A DNA stretch of 64,000 nucleotides, taken from the NCBI GenBank assembly GCA_963715865.1, contig OY970280.1, positions 128,001 to 192,000 of the forward strand, in the 5' to 3' direction. The translations under genes were made by a program, and so were the position numbers. Shown here piece after piece: positions 30,061 through 40,474 of this stretch. Numbering within the stretch: the stretch's first letter is position 1; each line of letters begins with the position of its first letter. Source of the DNA: Candidatus Bathyarchaeota archaeon. Its GTDB lineage: Archaea; Thermoproteota; Bathyarchaeia; Bathyarchaeales; Bathycorpusculaceae. The notes under the pieces were generated by a model, which was not told where the DNA came from, ran no database searches, and saw nothing but the letters and a program-made list of their open reading frames with translations.

Positions 30061-30108
30061 CTATTTTTTGCCCGTTTTTCCTTTGCTTTTCTTTTTGTTT
30101 TTCGACAT
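30061..30108 (-). CDS. 15-aa lysine-rich micro-ORF MSKNKKKSKGKTGKK
   Basis: ATG..TAG read manually, AT-rich TATA-like element upstream; very short, so uncertain. Confidence 0.35.
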   Translation of the reverse strand: MSKNKKKSKGKTGKK

Positions 30109-30526
30109 TATCCCATTGCCCCAATTCTTACTGTAATATAATTAATATAGTTTTTTAGCTATAAATATTGCTCAATAACACTTAGCAGAAATCTTTGATT
30201 CAGTCAATTTCTGTCTACCCATCGGCTGTCACGTCAATTAGCATAGCTAAAAATATATAAATATGTTCATTCTACGATATAGTTCCTGCCTGAACTTTGG
30301 GAAAAATCGGCGTTGCCAGTTATTTGCTTAGCACGCGCTAAGTCTAACGTGGTGGTTGAGTTTGATAGAGACATTCTTTTTTCCCCTTTCTTGAGTCATC
30401 TTTTCCATTGCACACCGAGATATTGCAAACAATAAGTATATGCAAATAGTTATAAATATTACTTTATATTGATACTTAATTTGTAGTTACGGAAATTGCC
30501 TCAAAAAAATTAGCGGGGAGTGCCAA

Positions 30527-31714
30527 ATGGACTTTGATCAAGGAAGAATAACCACAATACACGACTTCAACATGGATTTTGAAAACCTGAAGTCTCGATT
30601 AAGGGAACTTAATACAAAATACCCGGCAGGCGTCATAATTCCAGTACACGAAAATGATCTCGAAAACCCTCAGATTCAAAAAATAGTGACGAGCTTGAAT
30701 AAGTGTGATTATCTTAAAAAAGTGTTGATTGCACTCTCTGCAGGCAGTAGCGACAACTACGAAAAGGCAATGAAACTGTCCTCAACCCTTAAAGTTCCAT
30801 GCGAAGTTGTTTGGTGCAACAAACCCGAAGTAAACGTCATTTTAGAAGAACTAAAAAACAAAGGGCTTGACGTTACAAAGGCATGCGGCAAAGGAAAGGA
30901 CTTGTGGCTTGCCTTAGGAATAGCCTCACTTGAACTATATGCCCTTGCAGTGCATGATGCGGACATCATTTCATATTCTGAAATGTTGCCGACGAAGCTT
31001 CTTTATGCTGTAGTAGAACCGAGGATGGATTTCTTCTTCTCCAAAGGCTACTATGCTCGGGTAAATCTTGAAACTAGAAGAATTTATGGCAGAATCTACA
31101 GGCTATTCATAAACCCATTACTTAATGCCCTGCAGAAGAAACTAAATCATAGTTCCTCATTTGTCCGATACCTGCAGTCTTTCAGATACCCCCTCTCAGG
31201 TGAGATTGCCATCTACAGCGATGTAGCGTTAAACCTTAGAATTCCGGCGGACTGGGGTTTAGAAATGGGCATGCTGGCCGAACTCTACAGGAACATTTCA
31301 GACAAAAGAATATGCGACGTGGACCTTGGATTTTACGACCACAAACATAAAGAATTAAGCCAAGAATCATTACTAAAAACCGCTGAAAATTGCGTCATTA
31401 CCTTATTGAGAACCTTAACGGAAATCGAAGGTATAGACGTGTCAGAAGCCTTCCTGCTAAGTCTTCAAGTTACATATAGACGATTCGCGCAAGATAAAAT
31501 ACGACAATACTACGCTGATGCACTCTGCAATTCTCTTGATTATGACAGACACGAGGAAGAGACAAACGTAGACATTTTATCGAATGTAATAATACGCGCT
31601 GGCAAAGGGTACTTGGAGAATCCAATAGGTGTCCAATTGCCTGATTGGCTACGCGCTATTTCAGCAATGCCTGATGCCCGAGAAAGGCTCAGGAAAGCAG
31701 CCATTGAAAGGTAA
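30527..31714 (+). CDS. gpgS: Glucosyl-3-phosphoglycerate synthase-like glycosyltransferase
   Basis: MDFDQGRITTIHD, GKGKDLW, HDADI, FFSKGYY, GRIYRLF, YPLSGE and DWGLEMG; paired with a HAD phosphatase. Confidence 0.78.
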   Translation: MDFDQGRITTIHDFNMDFENLKSRLRELNTKYPAGVIIPVHENDLENPQIQKIVTSLNKCDYLKKVLIALSAGSSDNYEKAMKLSSTLKVPCEVVWCNKPEVNVILEELKNKGLDVTKACGKGKDLWLALGIASLELYALAVHDADIISYSEMLPTKLLYAVVEPRMDFFFSKGYYARVNLETRRIYGRIYRLFINPLLNALQKKLNHSSSFVRYLQSFRYPLSGEIAIYSDVALNLRIPADWGLEMGMLAELYRNISDKRICDVDLGFYDHKHKELSQESLLKTAENCVITLLRTLTEIEGIDVSEAFLLSLQVTYRRFAQDKIRQYYADALCNSLDYDRHEEETNVDILSNVIIRAGKGYLENPIGVQLPDWLRAISAMPDARERLRKAAIER

Positions 31715-31716
31715 CA

Positions 31717-32460
31717 TTGATGAGAACTTTAATTTTCGCGGACCTTGATGGTGCAATACTCGAGGAAAACTACAGCTTTCACGAAATAAAACCAACAATT
31801 ATGCTCCTGTCGTCCTTGAGTGTCGCTGTTGTGTTTTGCTCAAGTAAGACGCGATCAGAGATAGAGTTCTACAGAAAAGAAATGGGCATAAATGACCCGT
31901 TCATCTCAGAAAACGGCGCGGCTATTTTTGTGCCTAGAGGTTATTTTGGGCTGAATCAAAGTTACGCTAAGCGGACTAAACGGTATGATATTATTGAACT
32001 AGGTGTTTCATATTCAGAGATTAGACAGGCTTTTGAAAGAGTTAGAGAAAAGTGCGGCTGCCAAGTAGTGGGCTTCGGAGATATGACTACCAAAGAACTA
32101 TCAGAAGACAGCGGGTTGACAATTGAACTCGCAAAACTTGCTAAGCAAAGAGAGTATACCGAACCTTTTCGCATAAAAGAAGGGCAAGAAGAAACGGTTT
32201 TTGATGCAATCCGGAAAGAACATTTAAGCTGCATTAAGGGTGGAAAGTACTATCATTTGGTTGGGAATCATGACAAAGCAAAGGCAACAATCATTCTAAA
32301 AAATTTATATGCTCAAGAGCTTGACGAATTGGTAACTATTGGGGTTGGAGATCAGTTGAACGATTTGGGGATGCTGCAAGTCGTTGACAAGCCTTTTCTG
32401 GTTAGAGGAAACAAGTTATTGTTGGTGTGGGAAAATATTCTAAAGACTGTCCTTCGCTGA
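31717..32460 (+). CDS. Mannosyl/glucosyl-3-phosphoglycerate phosphatase (HAD IIB)
   Basis: DLDG, CSSKTRSE, PFISENGA, QREYTEPF, GGKYYH and GDQLND. Confidence 0.88.
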   Translation: MMRTLIFADLDGAILEENYSFHEIKPTIMLLSSLSVAVVFCSSKTRSEIEFYRKEMGINDPFISENGAAIFVPRGYFGLNQSYAKRTKRYDIIELGVSYSEIRQAFERVREKCGCQVVGFGDMTTKELSEDSGLTIELAKLAKQREYTEPFRIKEGQEETVFDAIRKEHLSCIKGGKYYHLVGNHDKAKATIILKNLYAQELDELVTIGVGDQLNDLGMLQVVDKPFLVRGNKLLLVWENILKTVLR

Positions 32461-32617
32461 AATTTTTGTGGTTGGAGGATATAGTTCAGATTGTGTCCCT
32501 GTAAATTCATTTTTTGCATTCGATGGCAACAGCATTTCTTTTGGAGGTCGTTTTGCAAAACGTTAGTAACGGCTTGCCATTGACATATTCGTTCATGGAA
32601 AATATTGTTGATGGACT

Positions 32618-32920
32618 CTATTTTATGAGCAAGGTTACTTGCCCAACTGCAGGGGAGCATATTTTTCTGATGCCTCTTTTTCCTCGTGCGTAGGTTACAT
32701 TGAGCAGTTTTAGTTCTTCGAGAAGTTTTACTTGTTCGCTTATGTAGGCCTCGCTTAGCCCCAACCGTTTGCCAATTGTTGAAACATCTAAAGGTTCTTG
32801 CCAGAGTAACTGCAACATTCTCATGGTTGTTGAGGTTAGTGCTTCAGCAACTCTGAGGGCTTCTTCACCGGAAACAACAATTTCCTTTTTTGACTGGGAG
32901 TTTTCTTCTTTTGCAAGCAT
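32618..32920 (-). CDS. ArsR-like winged HTH regulator (paralog of 59357-59647)
   Basis: LDVSTIGKRLGLSEAYISEQVKLLEELKLL HTH. Confidence 0.8.
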   Translation of the reverse strand: MLAKEENSQSKKEIVVSGEEALRVAEALTSTTMRMLQLLWQEPLDVSTIGKRLGLSEAYISEQVKLLEELKLLNVTYARGKRGIRKICSPAVGQVTLLIK

Positions 32921-33464
32921 ACAATCTTTTTCCAGTTATACTAATTCCTAATAGAGATACTAACCAAGTTTATCTATATATTCTGTTTGTCTAACCAGTG
33001 AGTTGTCGGCTAATTCTAAGTCATCCATCACGTCTATTCCATGTCTCCTTTGGCAGTACTCTAAGCTTCCACGACAAAGTCTGATAGAGCCCCACAGAAC
33101 CATAATCGACTAGAGCCAAATCGAACAGCTCCAACTAACGTAGCTAACAACCGCGCTTAAGCAACAAATACTTAGAGAAATCCGCGAAAATCAACCCGAA
33201 AAAAGTATGAATTCACGCCTGGGCAAAAGTAGCCCAGGAGAGACCTGTGCATATGCTCACATATACCATTTTTTTGACCAGCTAACTTATCTGATAGAAT
33301 CTGCCGAAGGATTGCAACGTCTATTTCGGGGGTTCTCTTGATCGCAACTATCTAACAAGCAGTGTTGTTTTGTCGGATAGCCGACATTATTGCTGGTTCC
33401 TCTTGTTCTGGAAATCAATTAAAACAATCGGAACCATAAAATGAAATTATTATGAAAACCGCTC

Positions 33465-33541
33465 AAGCGTCTTTATGTTTGCTTAGACAGATTGATTAAG
33501 GACTTTGGAGAATTAGAAAACAAGCTTCAAAGAAGTTGCAG
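33465..33541 (+). repeat. Direct repeat, copy 2, directly upstream of the NhaP gene
   Basis: Near-identical to 29059-29136. Confidence 0.95.
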
Positions 33542-33584
33542 CGAAAGGTAGGCGGTTGATCTGGTTCCCAGTATTGAGCTCGTT

Positions 33585-35108
33585 GTGGCGGCGTTCCTGC
33601 TTATGGCTTTCTTAGCTGCGGTTCTATCTAATAGGCTTAGGATACCGTACACTCTGGTTTTGGTCTTAGCAGGGGTTGTAATCACCGTGGTAGCGTCTTC
33701 GCTTACCATGCAAGGAGGATCTTTCCAGAACCTGATTTCTCAATTGAGATCAATCTGCGCTCAGCTTCTCCAAGGTGGCGGAGGGGGTCTTTTCGTGGGC
33801 TTCGTTGTTCCCCCATTAATATTCGAAGCCATGATTCACCTTCGCGCCAGTGATCTTAGGGCTGTAATCAAGCCTTCGTTAGCCCTAGCAACCGTAGGCG
33901 TCTTGATAGCGACTTCTGTTGGGGGGCTTCTCTTGTGGAAGGGCGTCGGTCTTTCGCCGTACGTTTCTTTTCTTTTCGCCGCGCTGATTGCCCCCACAGA
34001 CGCGGTTACGGTTTTGGAGGTTTTTCGACGGGTCAAGGTTCCTTCAAAACTATCTACGCTGCTCGACACCGAAGCGGCGTTCAACGACGCCACAGGCATC
34101 GTCCTCTTCACAATAATCCTTTCAACTATCGGTCTTCAAAAGGTCGTGGTAACGCAAACAATACTTAATTTCGGGTTCACCCTTGGCGCAGGCGTCTTAA
34201 TCGGATTGGCAGTCGCGTTCCTAGGCGAAGTGCTCTCAAGCTTGATAGAGGACAGAGTGGCCGAAACCATCTTGGCGGTCGCGGTGGTGTACGGGTCGTA
34301 CGCTTTAGCAACAGGAATAGGCGCCTCAGGGCTAATAGCGGTCGCCGTGGCAGGGTTGTACTTTGGCAACTTCACGATGCGGTCCGCAATGAAACCAGCT
34401 TCCAGAGAAGCCGTGACGAGCTTCTGGGAGATAGCAGCTTTCCTCGGCAACTCGATAGCGTTTCTAATCCTCGGTTTCGAGACAAACATTATCACTCTTT
34501 CGCAATCAGTTCTGATCATTGTGGTCGCCTACGCCGCAGTAACCATAGCCAGAGCCGCCACGGTGTACCCAATACTCGCTGTGTTCAACAAATTCGGCGA
34601 AAAAATATCCGCGGTCTGGCGCAACGTGGCCATGCTTGGCGGAGTCCGAGGTGCCTTGTCCATAGCGCTAGTGGCCACGATAACTGCTTCCGCAGTCATT
34701 TCTCAGGGAGATATCAACACCATAGACACAATGGTGCTGGGTGTAGCCTTTATCTCAATCGTGTTCCAGGTGCCTTTGCTGTTCCGTTACGTAAGGAAAA
34801 AAATACCGCAAACCGACACCTTGCCAGAAACAGAAATTGACGAACAATTCGAGTTAATATCCTCGCACATGGAAGAATTGAGAAAACTAAAATCAGAAGG
34901 CAAAATATCTAATGAAGAATTCACAAAAAGAATAGAAGAAAACAAAAAGAAACTTGACGAGTTAATCGCAACCTCGCCTGTTACGGTCGAAACAAGAAAA
35001 ATTGTCCTCGCAAGAGCCTCCGCGTTATACGCTTCTTTCCCAAAAATGCCCAAGCGCAAAACCAAAGACAAAAACAAAGAAGCAAAAACTAAAACAGTAG
35101 ACGACTAG
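33585..35108 (+). CDS. CPA1/NhaP-type Na+(K+)/H+ antiporter
   Basis: PPLIFEA, LIAPTDAVTV, EAAFNDATG and GGVRGALSIAL; true start may be ~30 nt upstream. Confidence 0.9.
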   Translation: MAAFLLMAFLAAVLSNRLRIPYTLVLVLAGVVITVVASSLTMQGGSFQNLISQLRSICAQLLQGGGGGLFVGFVVPPLIFEAMIHLRASDLRAVIKPSLALATVGVLIATSVGGLLLWKGVGLSPYVSFLFAALIAPTDAVTVLEVFRRVKVPSKLSTLLDTEAAFNDATGIVLFTIILSTIGLQKVVVTQTILNFGFTLGAGVLIGLAVAFLGEVLSSLIEDRVAETILAVAVVYGSYALATGIGASGLIAVAVAGLYFGNFTMRSAMKPASREAVTSFWEIAAFLGNSIAFLILGFETNIITLSQSVLIIVVAYAAVTIARAATVYPILAVFNKFGEKISAVWRNVAMLGGVRGALSIALVATITASAVISQGDINTIDTMVLGVAFISIVFQVPLLFRYVRKKIPQTDTLPETEIDEQFELISSHMEELRKLKSEGKISNEEFTKRIEENKKKLDELIATSPVTVETRKIVLARASALYASFPKMPKRKTKDKNKEAKTKTVDD

Positions 35109-35539
35109 CTGCACTATCCATTTCGGCGCTACAAAATGCCTATAGCAGATGACATTTTAGACAAGTTGAAAACTCAAAAATAAAAAGAAGGTATGTGCGT
35201 CCGCTTGCTCGTTTGTGATTGCTGGTCTACAACGGCAAATCATTAAAAAACCATTTAGCTTGTAATGGGTGCTCCTAAAATGGTGTAATCTGGTTTTAAA
35301 TCCGCCTTGCAAATTTCTATTATGGATTTTTTCGATAAGCAGATTTTTGGCATTACTTGGCGATGGCAAGCTCAAGGTTCTCTGCCCAACTGCTGGAATA
35401 GATGGATTTTAGCAGAATGGAATTAAGTCGCATCTTAAGCGTCTGATATCCCCAAGGCTTGGTGATAAAAAAGAAAAAGTCATCAAACGGAAAAGGAAGG
35501 CATGCATGCGCGTTAAAATTGGCCGATCAAAGAAGCTTT

Positions 35540-36049
35540 CTATTTTTTCTGTTTCTTTCTCTTTCGTCTGAGTTTGTCAACAATGTCAGCTTGTTCGGTA
35601 GGGAAATAGTATGGCACGGTACCATAGGAACTAGGAGAGACTCCTCGTGATTTCCTTTTTAGTTTTCTTTTACCTCTCCTCTTCGCAATACGTTCTTTGA
35701 TTTTCACTGTCAATGCGTTTGAAATCAGCTGATTCAATTTTTCCACGAGTTTCTCAGCATCTTCTTTGCGTTCAAGCGGAATGACAATATTCCGATGATG
35801 AGGGAGGCTTACATTGATTTTTCCGGTCTCGTCCATATGCACAGAATCTATGTCGCTTACGCGAATGTGCAACGGAACAAATATGCCAAATATCCTGCCA
35901 ATCGTTTCTTTGAGAACTGGTTTATTTTCTAGTGCTTCTTCGATTTCGTTCTTGAAACTTCCTTTCAAGTCTATTTTGAGTAGATCATTGTAGAGTCTAA
36001 TTGTGAAATGGGGATTCTCAACTTCCAGAACTATGATTGTTCTAGGCAT
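35540..36049 (-). CDS. Hypothetical protein with a basic C-terminal tail
   Basis: 169-aa ATG ORF with K/R-rich end. Confidence 0.6.
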   Translation of the reverse strand: MPRTIIVLEVENPHFTIRLYNDLLKIDLKGSFKNEIEEALENKPVLKETIGRIFGIFVPLHIRVSDIDSVHMDETGKINVSLPHHRNIVIPLERKEDAEKLVEKLNQLISNALTVKIKERIAKRRGKRKLKRKSRGVSPSSYGTVPYYFPTEQADIVDKLRRKRKKQKK

Positions 36050-36320
36050 TCTATGTCCTACCTATTAAGCGTGCTAACAGATGGACATTGAAGATTTTAT
36101 ACTTACCTTCTCGTGTTGCGTCAACCAAACTAAACTTCTTTAAAAATCGTTAGGGGTCGTCTGAGTTAAGACAAATACAGTGTTGGAAGTACGCAGCTCT
36201 TGCCTTGTTTAGCAAGAGGCAATTCACTTAGGTAGTTTCAGCGGAGTCACGCTTTTCAGCTTGCTTTATGACGCTGACTAGCTTTCAAAAACTAGCACAG
36301 CCAGAAAACCTTGATTGGAC

Positions 36321-37010
36321 TTAATAGTATTGCTTCAATGGGTTTCGTGGGTCCGTCGCCAACTTTACAGACGACGGGACCACAACGCTGGGCCAATCCG
36401 CTTCGAGTCTGCGTTCCTCGACTTCGTCAACATTGACGCGGTGTATGTGAAGAGCATATTCCATCGCTTGGTCCTGCGGGTTCTCAAGTTGAAGCATCTG
36501 CTTAAGGCTTAAGTGTTCAAAGACTCGCCTAATCGGGCGCATTGAGTTGCCATGGCACGAGATAGCCACATTACCCGTCTTCTGTTGAAGCCACCTTTCA
36601 AGCTGCACGACAAAGGGCAAAGTGCGGCTCTCAACCATTTTCATGCTTTCACCTTCAGGGGGCGGAAAATCGTAACCGCGGTGAACTTTGGCAAACCACT
36701 CGGGTTTTTCGGCTGCAATCTCGATCTTGCTTTTGCCCTGCAACGTACCATAACAACGTTCTATCAGGCGGTCGTCCATGAAAACAGGAACGTTAAGGTG
36801 CGGTTTTAGGACAATTTCAAGGGTTCTTTTGGCTCTCAAAAGGTGTGATGTAAATGCGTAGTCAATTTTTTCTTGTTCCAGCTGTTGAGCAATCTCCTGC
36901 GCCTGTAAGACTCCTTTTGGAGTAAGGTCTGGGTCGCGCCAGCCTGAGAATATTTGGTGGCTGTTATCGGTAGTCTCAGCGTGTCTAAAGACGAACAGAT
37001 TACAGATCAT
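36321..37010 (-). CDS. gpmA: Histidine phosphatase, 2,3-BPG-dependent phosphoglycerate mutase type
   Basis: RHAET, FSGW.D..LT, LIERCYG.LQG, YDFPPPEGES and CHGNSMR. Confidence 0.75.
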   Translation of the reverse strand: MICNLFVFRHAETTDNSHQIFSGWRDPDLTPKGVLQAQEIAQQLEQEKIDYAFTSHLLRAKRTLEIVLKPHLNVPVFMDDRLIERCYGTLQGKSKIEIAAEKPEWFAKVHRGYDFPPPEGESMKMVESRTLPFVVQLERWLQQKTGNVAISCHGNSMRPIRRVFEHLSLKQMLQLENPQDQAMEYALHIHRVNVDEVEERRLEADWPSVVVPSSVKLATDPRNPLKQYY

Positions 37011-37041
37011 AATCTATTTTCACCAAAAAAATGTTCAGCCC

Positions 37042-38418
37042 TCAGGAAGACGCAAATTCTCTCAACTCTTTTATTTTATGTATCTCTATTGAGTTGCTGG
37101 CATGTTCCATTGTGGTTCTCATAGCCTCAGTGAACAAGACAGTTTCTTCATCATCCAATAGTTGCATTTCATGAAGTTGGTTTGCAACTGCAGATATTCG
37201 GTCTTTTTCTTCGCGGTAGTTTATCAGAACGGGGTACACGCCGAACGTGAGTTCCAGTTGTTTTTTGACTTTGATTTCAGGAGTGACAGCAATTATCGGC
37301 TGTGCAATCTTGAAGCGAGCTATCATTCGGGCCGTGTAGCCTGATCGCGTCAAAGGGATAACTTTGTGAACCGGCATACTTTGACATATTCTCTGGATTG
37401 CCCTGCTCACCGTGTCAGAAATGTTGATAAACGGAGTTTCTTCAACGTTGCTCTTGACGGCTTTCTCTGTTTCATTCGCTATACGAGTCATCATCTCAAC
37501 GGCATCCACAGGATACTGACCAACCGCTGTTTCTCCAGAAAGCATAACAGCGTCTGACCCGTCTAGTATAGCGTTTGCAATATCGCTGACTTCAGCCCTG
37601 GTTGGACTTGGTTGATGAATCATCGATTCAAGCATCTCTGTCGCAGTGACAACAAGCTTACCCTTCTGATTGCATAATTTGATGAGGGATTTCTGAACCA
37701 AAGGCACTCTTTCAGGTTCGATTTCAACGCCCAAGTCGCCTCTTGCAACCATTAATCCACTAGCGGCTTCTAAAATCCCTTCGACGTTTTGAACACCCTC
37801 AAAGTTCTCAATCTTTGCGATTATTCCGCCTGCAAAACCATTGGTCTGAGACAAGTTTTTCACGTCTTCTGCATTCCTTGTGAATGAAAGCGCAACGTAT
37901 TCGACGTCATGTTTTTCTGCAAACCTTATGATCTCCAAGTCCTTCTCAGGGAAAGTTGGAACTGAAAGATGCTTATTGGGAATGTTAACGCCTTTTCCAT
38001 CTTCTATTACGCCGCTGTCCAAGGTCAGAAGCCGAAGTTTTTGATCTTTCTTTTCAATTACTCGTGTTCTAATCTTTCCATTATCGATATATACTTCGTC
38101 ATCAACCTCCATTTCGTCATAGAAATCGTGATTGAAACAGACTTCTTCTCCGTCGAAGCCTACTTCCAAAATGTCTCCTTTACTGAAGACCTTTCGTTGA
38201 GATGCCCTGATTCTAATTTCTGGTCCTTTGATGTCAATTATTATGGGGATATCCGCAATTTCCCGTACTGTTTCTATAACCGACTGGTATTGAGCGAGAT
38301 TTCCATAAGCGGTATTTATTCTTGCGCCGTTCATGCCCGCTTGGAACATTTTTTCAATCGTTTGCTTTGAAGAGCTGGCGGGACCCACAGTGCATATTAT
38401 CTTTGTTTTCTTCAACAA
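37042..38418 (-). CDS. pyk: Pyruvate kinase
   Basis: KTKIICTVGPAS, IIAKIE, MVARGDLGVE, ATEMLESM..PTRAE and MLSGETA. Confidence 0.97.
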   Translation of the reverse strand: MLKKTKIICTVGPASSSKQTIEKMFQAGMNGARINTAYGNLAQYQSVIETVREIADIPIIIDIKGPEIRIRASQRKVFSKGDILEVGFDGEEVCFNHDFYDEMEVDDEVYIDNGKIRTRVIEKKDQKLRLLTLDSGVIEDGKGVNIPNKHLSVPTFPEKDLEIIRFAEKHDVEYVALSFTRNAEDVKNLSQTNGFAGGIIAKIENFEGVQNVEGILEAASGLMVARGDLGVEIEPERVPLVQKSLIKLCNQKGKLVVTATEMLESMIHQPSPTRAEVSDIANAILDGSDAVMLSGETAVGQYPVDAVEMMTRIANETEKAVKSNVEETPFINISDTVSRAIQRICQSMPVHKVIPLTRSGYTARMIARFKIAQPIIAVTPEIKVKKQLELTFGVYPVLINYREEKDRISAVANQLHEMQLLDDEETVLFTEAMRTTMEHASNSIEIHKIKELREFASS

Positions 38419-38722
38419 AACGTCTCCTCGCGCATTCTAAAATACGACACATTCCAAGTTAAGGTTAACGGCTAGTAATTCAGGCTGGAAATTGGAAATT
38501 TGGTTACGGCTTTTTTCAGAGAGAATTAATTAAAAAGAGAAAATTTCATTGTAACAGGAATTGACGAAACCATCGGGCTATATGACAGCACGTTATAGAA
38601 CCTCCGTGAACCACAGGTTGCTATTGACGAAACTATCGCTTCAGTGAAGAACGACAAGACGCATTTTTGAGAAATTCGGCAAATTTATTTATTCAATTAG
38701 CCATCATAATAACCTGAGAACA

Positions 38723-39148
38723 ATGCCCAAAGTAAAAGATTTTATGACCAAGGGTGTGCTAACCATTGACAAAGACAAAACCATCGTCGAAGCCGCAGAA
38801 CTTATGGCCCAAAAAGAAGTCGGGGACATATTGGTCTTGGACGGCGAAATACCCCGAGGAATAGTCACCGAAAGAGACTTCGTAAGACGCGTAGTAGCCA
38901 AAAGAAAACCACTAGACACCAAAATTTCAGACATAATGACCAAACCCCTCATAACCATCGGCCCAGAAGCCTCACTAAACGTGGCAGCCAGAAGAATGGT
39001 TAACAACAAAATAAGAAGACTTCCCGTCATGAAACAACACAAACTCATCGGAATAATAGCTGTTTCCGACTTCGCAAAACACCTCAGCAAAAAAACGCTC
39101 TCCGAAAGCGTACTCGAAGCCATATGGCGCTATCCCACATCCCAATAA
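38723..39148 (+). CDS. Tandem CBS-domain protein
   Basis: VKDFM, GIVTERD and IRRLPV. Confidence 0.92.
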   Translation: MPKVKDFMTKGVLTIDKDKTIVEAAELMAQKEVGDILVLDGEIPRGIVTERDFVRRVVAKRKPLDTKISDIMTKPLITIGPEASLNVAARRMVNNKIRRLPVMKQHKLIGIIAVSDFAKHLSKKTLSESVLEAIWRYPTSQ

Positions 39149-39301
39149 CTCGTTCAGTTTAGCGAATGCCTCGGCCTTACATAAATCGAAAGCGACTTTT
39201 CTTTTAGGAAAACGGGGATTCTAAAAGGTCACCTTGCGCGCTAAATGAAGATGATGGCGTATTCATAAGAACTAAATAAGTAAGATGCGTAAGAATTTGT
39301 T

Positions 39302-40339
39302 GTGCGAACATTTAGAGATTTCATAGATATCCTTGCGTATACGCCGTATTATATTGTCAAGGCTATTTGGATTCAGCTTTCAGTGCTAGCATCCATGTTT
39401 GTTTTCGGAGCCCTAATTTTCATGCGGTATCAAGGTCTCGACCCTTTGACGGCTCTTCTCGGCGCTGTCTCAACGATTACCACAATCGGAATCTATGCGC
39501 CCAATATTATTACGATGCCTGTGCTTGAAAAAGTACTTCTAATAGTAGGCATCATAGTAAGCGTAGGATCAGCAGCTTCTCTTCTTCAAGCGACGTTTAC
39601 TGCTGCCATGAAAAGAGAACTACTCTCCCAAGCTCTCGCAACAAGGAAGATAAACAGAATGAAGAATCACGTAATCGTAGTCGGCTACAAATTCCTAGGC
39701 AAATACGTCGCCGAAGGCTTAAAGTCAATAGGTTCCGAGTTTGTAGTCATAGCAAAAGATAACGATCAACTTGAAACGCTCAGAAAAGAAGGCGTAGAAG
39801 CAGTAGGCGGACCAACGACACATATCTACGAAACCCTGAAAAAAGCCGGCGTAGAGAGAGCTTCCCATTTGATATCCACTTTCGATGACGACGGAGACAA
39901 CATGCTTACCATCTTAACCGCAAAGAAGCTTAACAAAAACATTCATGCTGTGTCAATAATCAACGATAAGGAACTATTAGAAAGCGCCAAAGCCGCTGGA
40001 GCAGATACTGTGGCACCAATTTACGACATGATAGGGAAAATGCTTGCATCTTCGACAATTTCGAATGAAGTAGCAGGCATAGTTCTGTCTGAGAAACTAA
40101 AATCTAAATACGTTGTTGGATTCGAAATAACTTCCCCTGGCCTAAAATACGGGGACATAGATAGAGGCGACCCAATATTACTAGTTTACAGAAATAATGA
40201 AATAATTCATAACTTGACCGCAGACTTTGAACTCCAAAAAGGAGACTTCGTCTACGTGCTTGCCGATAACCAGTCTGCGGCATCTTTCAAAAAGAGACTG
40301 GACTTACTATCCTCAAGAAACAAGAATTCAAATCAATAG
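39302..40339 (+). CDS. 2TM potassium-channel-like protein with TrkA-N/RCK domain
   Basis: TM-pore-TM (STITTIGIY), HVIVVGY, LKKAGVERA and DDGDNM. Confidence 0.8.
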   Translation: MRTFRDFIDILAYTPYYIVKAIWIQLSVLASMFVFGALIFMRYQGLDPLTALLGAVSTITTIGIYAPNIITMPVLEKVLLIVGIIVSVGSAASLLQATFTAAMKRELLSQALATRKINRMKNHVIVVGYKFLGKYVAEGLKSIGSEFVVIAKDNDQLETLRKEGVEAVGGPTTHIYETLKKAGVERASHLISTFDDDGDNMLTILTAKKLNKNIHAVSIINDKELLESAKAAGADTVAPIYDMIGKMLASSTISNEVAGIVLSEKLKSKYVVGFEITSPGLKYGDIDRGDPILLVYRNNEIIHNLTADFELQKGDFVYVLADNQSAASFKKRLDLLSSRNKNSNQ

Positions 40340-40474
40340 ATTAATATTCTTTAAGTGTGACTCAGTTGGTTGGCTATTCTATTTGGTCTTTCATTGTTTG
40401 ACTATAGGTTACCCTAATTTTTGTTGAATCTAATCCTACAATAAGTTAATCCAACCGAAAAATAATATTCTATC

